Assembly: GCA_951406725.2 (NCBI GenBank)
Contig: OX597820.1
Coordinates: 65,162,001 to 65,226,000 of the forward strand
Direction: 5' to 3'
Length of the DNA stretch: 64,000 nt
From: Octopus vulgaris
Lineage: Eukaryota
The notes beneath the pieces are model-generated. The model did no database searches and was not told the origin of the DNA. It saw nothing but the letters and a program-made list of their open reading frames with translations. Below are positions 56,520 to 64,000 of this stretch, piece by piece (positions within the stretch are counted from its first letter, which is position 1; the number at the start of each line of letters is the position of its first letter). Made by a program: the position numbers and the translations under genes.

Positions 56520-57155
56520 CAGGGTCATGGGAATGTAACTAGTCATTAGAATTTACTTATAGAATTTTTAGTATCACTGAAGTCATGACGAAAACACTTT
56601 TTAAACAGACAACACTATTGGGAATTTCTAATTTCTTATTATCTTATTTCTTGTTTCTTACTTTCCAGATGGCCGGTCGCTTGACTGTTCAGGAGCGAGC
56701 TAAGATAGCAGCACGCTTTGAAGTGTGGAATTCTATTGTTTTGGTTCAGAGATGGTGGCGTGCATGGAAACTTAAGTATGAAACACGACGTCCGGCGATA
56801 ATAAAATGTTGTCAGGCAAAGCTGATGACCACAGGCTTTGTGAACGATGCAAAAAGAAGTGGCCGTCCAACCACATCCCAATCAGCGGAGAATGTGACAA
56901 CATTGCAGGAAAGGCTTAATCAACAGTCCTCAAAATCAACTCGTCAAGCAGCTCGTGGAAGTGGACTAACAAAACACACAATACGTACAGTGTTGCATAA
57001 AGAATTAAACTTTCATTGAGAAAACGTCATTAAGTGCAGGAACTAAAATTTGATTGGACGATGCGGACCTCATGAATGGCCTCCAAGAAGTCCAGATCTC
57101 ATTCAGCATGATATTTACCTGCGGAGTTACACGAAAGAGGAAGTGTACAAGACCG
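56520..57155 (+). mobile_element. Internally deleted Tc1/mariner element (DUF4817-type N-terminus)
   Basis: TA|CAGGGT left end. ATG at 56669 begins MAGRLTVQERAKI..VQRWWR..KRSGRPTT..SSKSTRQAAR (HTH region), joined to IGRCGPHEWPPRSPDL; most of the catalytic domain is missing. Confidence 0.85.
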
Positions 57156-57421
57156 ACAGCGAATATAACACACTTGGTCGCGTTAACAAATGGATGTGGG
57201 TTCGACTCCCACGCAGATAGTGAAGACTCCTTTTTTCTGTCGAGGACTTATATGCCCCTTTATTAAACTATTTTCCTTAGTCTTTGCACGGTGATCGCCA
57301 TAAGCTTGGTGCTTATATAAAAATAGAATTATTATTATTTACAGGATTGCAAATCACGGCGCGGCGCCGTTATTAGAAAACCATTCGCACCGAAAGCATA
57401 TATATATATATATATATATAA

Positions 57422-57466
57422 GATGATGATGTTCGTCCTTCGGGTTCGAAGATGACCATTGACATC
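57422..57466 (-). mobile_element. Extreme 3' tip of an RTE/Bov-B-like LINE inserted in (TA)n
   Basis: Minus strand gatgtcaatggtcatcttcgaacccgaaggacgaac(atc)n resembles, from memory, the RTE-clade 3' end GATGTCATGGTCCTCTTCGAGAACGAAGGACAAAC(AAC)n. Confidence 0.55.
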
Positions 57467-57469
57467 ATA

Positions 57470-57563
<94 letters not shown>

Positions 57564-57589
57564 TAGATAGATAGATAGATAGACACACA

Positions 57590-58744
57590 GAGACATGACA
57601 GAAGTAAATAAACAACCATATAATCATTAAAATTTATTTAAATCTGAAAATATAGATTGCATTTTTTAATGCAAGGATACTATACGGAATGCTACAGATC
57701 AGATGACGAATATTCTCTTGGGGAATTTCTTGCCAAGTTTCATGCAGTAATCTCAAAAGATCACTCTTTGAGGATGCTTTCTTGTTCCTTTTACGACGTT
57801 TCCTGTCTGCCCATTATGCCTCAGAGATGTTCAATAAGGATCATATCTCTTCACTGGCTTAGCCATGGAGGTTTTTACGCCATTCGTTTACAACCAATCT
57901 TGGATCATTTTAGCCGTGTGATAAGGAGCCCCATTTTCCTTAACTAAGGTCGTCTTCATTTTATCATTGGAGATGTTTAGATGAAGTCCTTTCTGCAATA
58001 CGGACACATATTTATCTGAGTTTATGTTTCCATAACACTCCACCAGCTCTGATTGACCATTGCTCCAAATTGCGCCCTAGACCATCACAGAATAACTGAC
58101 TTGTTTCATTGTTGACAGTAATTTTTTTATGTCAAATTCTTGATCGCAGAGTCTCCAGACTCACACACGACCTCTGTTAGAAGATACAGCAAATCTGGAC
58201 GCGATGCATTAGAGAATATGGTAGTGTCCCAAAATGTTAGCGGTCACTCCATCATCTCACCGGCCCAACAGCCAACTTCCGTTTGATGTTGGCTAGTCGA
58301 AGAAGTAGCTTCTTTCTTGCTGTTCTGCCATAGTAAACAAATTTGTGGAGATATCTGACAGCTGTTCTGCGCACTGACATCAATTTCTGCTATGTCAGAG
58401 GCCTTGCAATGAGGATTATCCTCCACGCTTAACAAAGCAAAATGTCCTGTCAGAGGGCCCTACTACTCCTCTCTGGTGAATTGCAAAATCACCTTATTTT
58501 CTATAGAAAACGGGATCCCAAAGTTTTCTGCGATGTTACGCTGACTAAATCCACCTTCAAATTGACCCACAATACGAAATTTGGACAGTTCCAAGGCTTC
58601 TTTTTTGTACGTGGCATGATTATACAGTCACATATAGAAACTGAAACATAAAACTGTACATTAATAAAAGATATAAACTTTTTCAACTTAAAATAAGCAT
58701 AAAACAATGTTTTATGGGCTGTCTATTTACTTCTGTCATGCCTG
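57590..58744 (-). mobile_element. Full-span Tc1 element with ~30-bp TIRs and decayed transposase (ATG 58617)
   Basis: TIRs agacatgacagaagtaaataaacaaccata and tatgggctgtctatttacttctgtcatgcctg|TA. Protein fragments GRTARKKLLL, FWDTTIFSNASR, SVMV*GAIW, INSDKYVSVL and ENGAPYHTAK. Confidence 0.88.
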
Positions 58745-59163
58745 TACTTTCATTTACATGATTCATTAAAGACAGGAATGTTTTCCAGATTTATCGTTCA
58801 ATTTTATAGGCTTTTTATATTTATGTGTCAGTTCTTTGTTAGTTTGGAACGATAATGCTCCTAAATCTATGCTGTAAAATTTCCCACCATAAGTTTCTCA
58901 ACCGTTAGACCTCCACGTCAGCAATCACGTGCTATTTTGTTTTATTTTAATCAATTTCTTTATAATCGTTTGAACAGCATGTTCGTAGCTATATGGTAAA
59001 GTTTTGATGCGTGTGTTGTTTGTGGGTTTATTGTGGCATTGGGTTGCGATATGAGTAGAGCTTACATGATTTATCTAAATTTGTGGGGAATTTCATAAAC
59101 TATGCAAATGTTATTCTTCAGTATATTTCTAGCTTATTTTGTTTATTAGTGTGTGCCATAGAT

Positions 59164-59417
59164 CAGTAGTTTTCAAACATTTTAACCTGTGAACCCTTTT
59201 GATTTCTGTTATATTCTACTGGACCTCCATAGTCATTCACTGTTAACAAAAGAAAATGTCTTACTGTTCTTTTATAATTAAATATTATTCGGTATTGTAT
59301 ATAAAAGAAGCATTTCCCGTATTGTAGAAGTATAACTAATTTATTGCATATAATTTCTAACAATAAAATCTTATATTGTCCCTCAAGGGTTACATGGACG
59401 CCATTTAGGAACCACTG
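59164..59417. mobile_element. hAT (Charlie-like) MITE
   Basis: Ends cagtagttttcaaa and ttaggaaccactg, with subterminal tgtgaaccc/gggttacatggac; no clear TSD. Confidence 0.6.
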
Positions 59418-59419
59418 CT

Positions 59420-59795
59420 AATGAGAGTTGCGAGTCTTCTTTGTAAATACATGGTGATCGAACGAGACAATGTTGTACAAGTATGTCCGATGTAACAACT
59501 GGATTCCTGTAGTTTGCAAATTTCAGTTTTATAATTAAGCTTATAAATTGCGCTGGACATCACTATCCTCTTCTCGGTCAAATTTCGAAACAACGCAAGC
59601 ACCAAATCTATTTTATTCCTCAAAAATGAGACTGTAAATGCTTGGATAGATTAAATATAGATTTAAGTACTTTATTGTTCCAAACCAACTGCAAGAAGCT
59701 AAATCAATGATACAAAAAATTCTATAAAAAAAACACTGAACGATTGTTAATCTTTTACAATTTCTGGGCGGCCGTCGCACCCAACGGGTATATAT
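59420..59795 (-). pseudogene. Penelope-like element fragment (thumb and GIY-YIG start)
   Basis: YTRWVRRPPRNCKRLTIVQCFFYRIFCII..SW then SSAIYKLN..CKLQESSCYIGHTCTTLSRSITMY; interrupted by the hAT MITE. Confidence 0.7.
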
Positions 59796-59797
59796 GA

Positions 59798-59856
<59 letters not shown>

Positions 59857-60099
59857 TGCATGTGCGTTTGTATGGGTATGTGTTTATATGCGTGGGTGTG
59901 CATTTGTGCTTGTGTAGAATGTGTGTGTTTGTGTGTGTGTGTATGTGTGTGTGTGTGTGTGTGTGTGCATGTCAGTATATGTACTGTTAGAGTGACATTT
60001 CAAATAGACACAAGATCATGAAGATGGAGACAGACGAAACACACACACACACACACATATATATATCTATGTAATAGATATATATATATATATTACATG

Positions 60100-60140
<41 letters not shown>

Positions 60141-60218
60141 ATATATACACATATACACATATACACACAGGGGTATATATATATATATAAACATATATAC
60201 ACATATACATGCAGGCGC

Positions 60219-60278
<60 letters not shown>

Positions 60279-61216
60279 GCATACATACATGCTTAACTTA
60301 TATGCTGTCGGGTCTTAGGTTGCACATCGGTTCTGCTAATTAATTAATGTCCAAAGTTTCTATAATTTCTAATTAGTTGTGATTTTCTATAGGACGGGGA
60401 AGATCTAATTGCGTTAATTAACTTGCTATTGAAGAAGATGGAACAGGATGATGAAACTGGTAATGCCGGGCAAAATGATGAATGCAATACGCATGCGTAA
60501 AAGCATCACTGATACTGGATTTGTTCACAATGGCTATAGGTAGTAGTAGTAGTAGTAGTAGTAGTATTTGTTGTTGTTGTTGTTGCTGTAAAGAACTTTC
60601 GATTGCAGAGAGAAGGGAAAGGTTTTGTAAGAGTGCGGAAGACAGAGAGGGGGAGATAGACAGAAAGACAGTGAGTGTGCGTGTGAGAGTGGGGGGGAGA
60701 GGCAGACAGACAGACTGACAGACAGACAGTGAGTGAGTGTGTGTGTAGGTGTGTGTAGGTGTGTGTATGTGTTTGTGTATGTGTGTGTATATGTGTGTGT
60801 GTGTGTAACGCATAGAAAGAGAAAGAGTGAGAGAGAAATAAAGATTGACAGGAAAAATATGGTCAATCCCTGGTTCGAATTGATCGCTGAGTCTTCGATT
60901 GTAATTGTTTATGCTCTTTTTTTTTTCAAGTTTTTACTGTTTTTGAAACGGTCTCGATCTAGAAGAGATAGGATCTAGAAGAAATATAATCAAAGTGTGG
61001 TCCAGATACGACCATCACGTCATTTCCTCAGCTGTTGCCTTCTACAGCATCTTTGTCGTTTTGAAGACAAAATATGATTTCCGGAATATTTAGTTGATAT
61101 TTGTAGCATATTGAGGATCTATCCAGAAGTTCTTTTTGCTAGTTCGTAAACAATAAGAACACATTTTCCTTTTGAATTTGTAGATAATTGTCTTTACTTC
61201 CCAAATTTAAATTTCA

Positions 61217-62005
61217 CAGAAATACGTGGTGCTGAAATCGAGGAAACCTAGCCATCACAATTTTTTTTTAAAATTCGTTATTTCTATATTGAATCAATTT
61301 CGGAATTTCTGTAGTGGGTATATAATAATATGTGGAAATTGACGATTTAAAAGTCTGTTATCAGCATATTGGCATAGAAATAATTTTCTTTAGCCCTTAC
61401 TTATAAGTTGTTCATAATTTTAAGCTTTAAAGGTATTTTAATATGCTGCCGCGTTTTTGATATAATTTTTTTCTGTAAAAAAACTTCATCCTATATTAGT
61501 AGTAGATTTATAACTATTCGCTATAGGGACTGTAACTACTATAAGCTGTGGTGGAAACAGTTCACATGTGTGCTGAGGCTAGCCAAAGGATTTTATATTT
61601 AGATATATCTGGGGTACTTATGTGTACACATGACTTTTGCTTCGGTTTTTTTTCCATGGACGCATGTAAGTATTTCATTTATTTCTATTCGTATTTTCTA
61701 CAGAAGAGAAAATAAATCTATGAGATTAATTCCGAAATTGATTCAATATAGAAATAACGAACTTTTTAAAAACATTCTGATGACTAGCTTTCCTCGATTT
61801 CAGGACCACGTATTCTGTAGTGGGTATATGATAATATGGAAATTGACGATTTAAAAGTCTGTTATCAGCATATTGGCATAGAAATAATTTTTCTTTTGCC
61901 CTTGTTTATAAGTGGTTTATAATTTTAACCTTTAAGTATTTTAATATGCTGCCGCGTTTTTGATAAAATTTTCGTCTGTAAAAAACTTCATCCTATATTA
62001 GTAGT
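61217..62005. repeat. Tandem partial duplication of family D repeat with an inverted internal segment
   Basis: 61308-61505 is approximately 61815-62005 (direct). 61223-61308 is approximately the reverse complement of 61728-61813. Confidence 0.85.
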
Positions 62006-62130
62006 GTATATATATATATATATATATATATATGTAAAATAATATGTGACAATTATTCAGTACATATAAATTTCCTCCATTTACATAATATTGAGGTCTC
62101 TTTCTTTCTTTTGTTATCTTACCGTTTTTA

Positions 62131-62182
<52 letters not shown>

Positions 62183-62185
<3 letters not shown>

Positions 62186-62670
62186 TTCTTTCTTTACTAC
62201 CCACAAGGGGCCAAACACAGAGAGGACAAACAATGACAGACAAACAGATTAAGTCGATCACATCGACCCCAGTACGCAACTGATACTTATTTAATCGACC
62301 CCGAAAGGATGAAAGGCAAAGTCGACCTCGGTGGAATTTGAACTCAGAACGTAGCGGCAGACGAAATACCGATAAGCATTTCGCCCGGCGTGCTAACGAT
62401 TCTGCCAGCTCGCCGCCTTTATATATATATATAAATGTTGCAAATGGCATAATAATCATTACTGGTTTCAAATTTTAGCACAAGGCCAGCAAGCTTGAGG
62501 GAGTAGGTAAGTCGGTTACATCGACCTCCAGTGTTCAACTGGTACTTATTTTATCGAACGCAAAATGATGATAAGCAAAGTCGATCGCAGCGAAATTTAA
62601 CCTCATAACGTAGAGATTCGACGAAATACCGCTAAGTATTTTGGCCAGCGCGTTAACGACTCTACAAACT
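62183..62670 (-). mobile_element. Two SINE family B copies (62183-62418 long tail; 62460-62670 short tail)
   Basis: Reverse complement of the 24550 copy; the second copy is more diverged. Confidence 0.88.
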
Positions 62671-63724
62671 TGCTGTCTTCTTCTAATAATGATGAACTCA
62701 CTATGTTATGTGGGAGGAATATATGTGCTTATTACATCGACTCTTTAGAATCTATACTGGATGTCGACTTGACAGTTCTACTAAAGATTGTTGGTGTCTA
62801 TCAACATGCTTGCAGTTTAGGATTGGGTAGACGTTATGATTGTCTGCATGTAAAGCAATAAAAGTCCTTGAAATCTAATACAAAAACATAAAGAAAATAT
62901 CGGAAAGTGTTTAAGTATGTATAATTTTGAGAGCGACCTGTAATGCCCTAATCATTTGCATTGTTTTGGCACTTAATTGAATCTTTTCAGTTATAGTTAA
63001 AGTATTTGGAATTTGTTCTGATTTAAATGGCAGGTTCTAATTGATATTTGTTACTTGCTTAAGACGTCATCTCTCAGTGGCACATACGCCATTAACGACT
63101 TTTCTTCACTGTTCTCAACACTGGGTTGTTTTTTCCTCACGTTTTATCTTTTGAAACTTTGATTTTTTCTACTTACGTCTACTGGCAGTGCGTGAAACCA
63201 TTATTAATACTTCTAGAAATAGATGATCCATAATTGTCTAACCTCTATCTTTTAACATGTCCAACACGGGAGGCCCTCTGAGCTTGCGCTCCGAAGGCAT
63301 AGCTCTCACAGTCATTGATCCATTCAAGCTACCACACAGCAACGATGACTGATTGTTTTAGTAGGAGCTTAACTTCTGGTTGTTCTAGTTGACAGTAAGA
63401 GTGTGCAGTCTAGTGTCAAAGGTGTTCCATTCACAACAATTATCATAATATCGTAGATTCAATTCCTAAGACATTTTGTGTTCTACAACAAGGCACTTCA
63501 TTTCATGTTGCTCTAGTTTATTCAACGGAAAAAGAGTACAAGCCTTCTGCTGGAGAAGTTTCACTATCTTCAGCTGTCATATTTTGTACATACCACTAGG
63601 GAAAAGTGGGCTAACTGAGAGGCTACCGATATCTGTCATCTAAAACAACTTGCGAAAGCATGTTACCAAGCTGTACTCATTTGCAGGTTGTTACTAACCC
63701 TTTGTATGTATATATATATATATA

Positions 63725-63779
<55 letters not shown>

Positions 63780-64000
63780 GTATATAAAATACATACATAA
63801 ATGTGTATGTAGGTGTTTGGGATATAAGCAGTTTATGAACACCATAAATGGAGAGTGAAAGGAACTAAGAAATAAAGGAAAAGGGGATCTCTCACAGTAT
63901 TTGAAACAGCAATCTCGTATAGCTGGCGGCTACAGTATACACAAACACAGACCCATACACGCATACATATACGCATGTGTTTATATAGAATCTAAAGCAA

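Noticed and set aside
63550-63580. CTGAAGA TAGT GAAAC on the minus strand
   Set aside because: There is no room for stem II and no stem I/III pairing.

Overview
This is AT-rich, gene-poor animal DNA that looks intronic or intergenic, and I recognise no host exon. It is saturated with (TA)n, (CA)n, (GA)n, (TAG)n, (ATT)n and (GAT)n microsatellites, and nearly all ORFs in the supplied track are translations of these. The tRNA-headed SINE families and microsatellite load strongly suggest an octopus (coleoid cephalopod) genome, which is an inference. Recognisable content includes more than 25 SINE copies or fragments from three families, a young 5'-truncated CR1-clade LINE and an older CR1 relic. 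There are also four Penelope-like element (PLE) relics, two of them Naiad-type, three Tc1/mariner relics, a Merlin-like MITE with telomeric repeats, two hAT-like MITEs and a decayed Helitron helicase. The most interesting signal is a set of at least 8 type I hammerhead-ribozyme (HHR) motifs in small non-coding mobile units. One is an essentially intact HHR (35627-35688) inside a 508-bp unit with a 44-bp terminal redundancy. Another lies inside a tRNA-headed SINE-like element bounded by a 9-bp target-site duplication (38302-38621). The main SINE family also appears to share its 3' tail with the CR1 LINE in this window. Several long inverted repeats and a microinversion between tandem copies are present. 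All family assignments are by eye and were not checked against databases.
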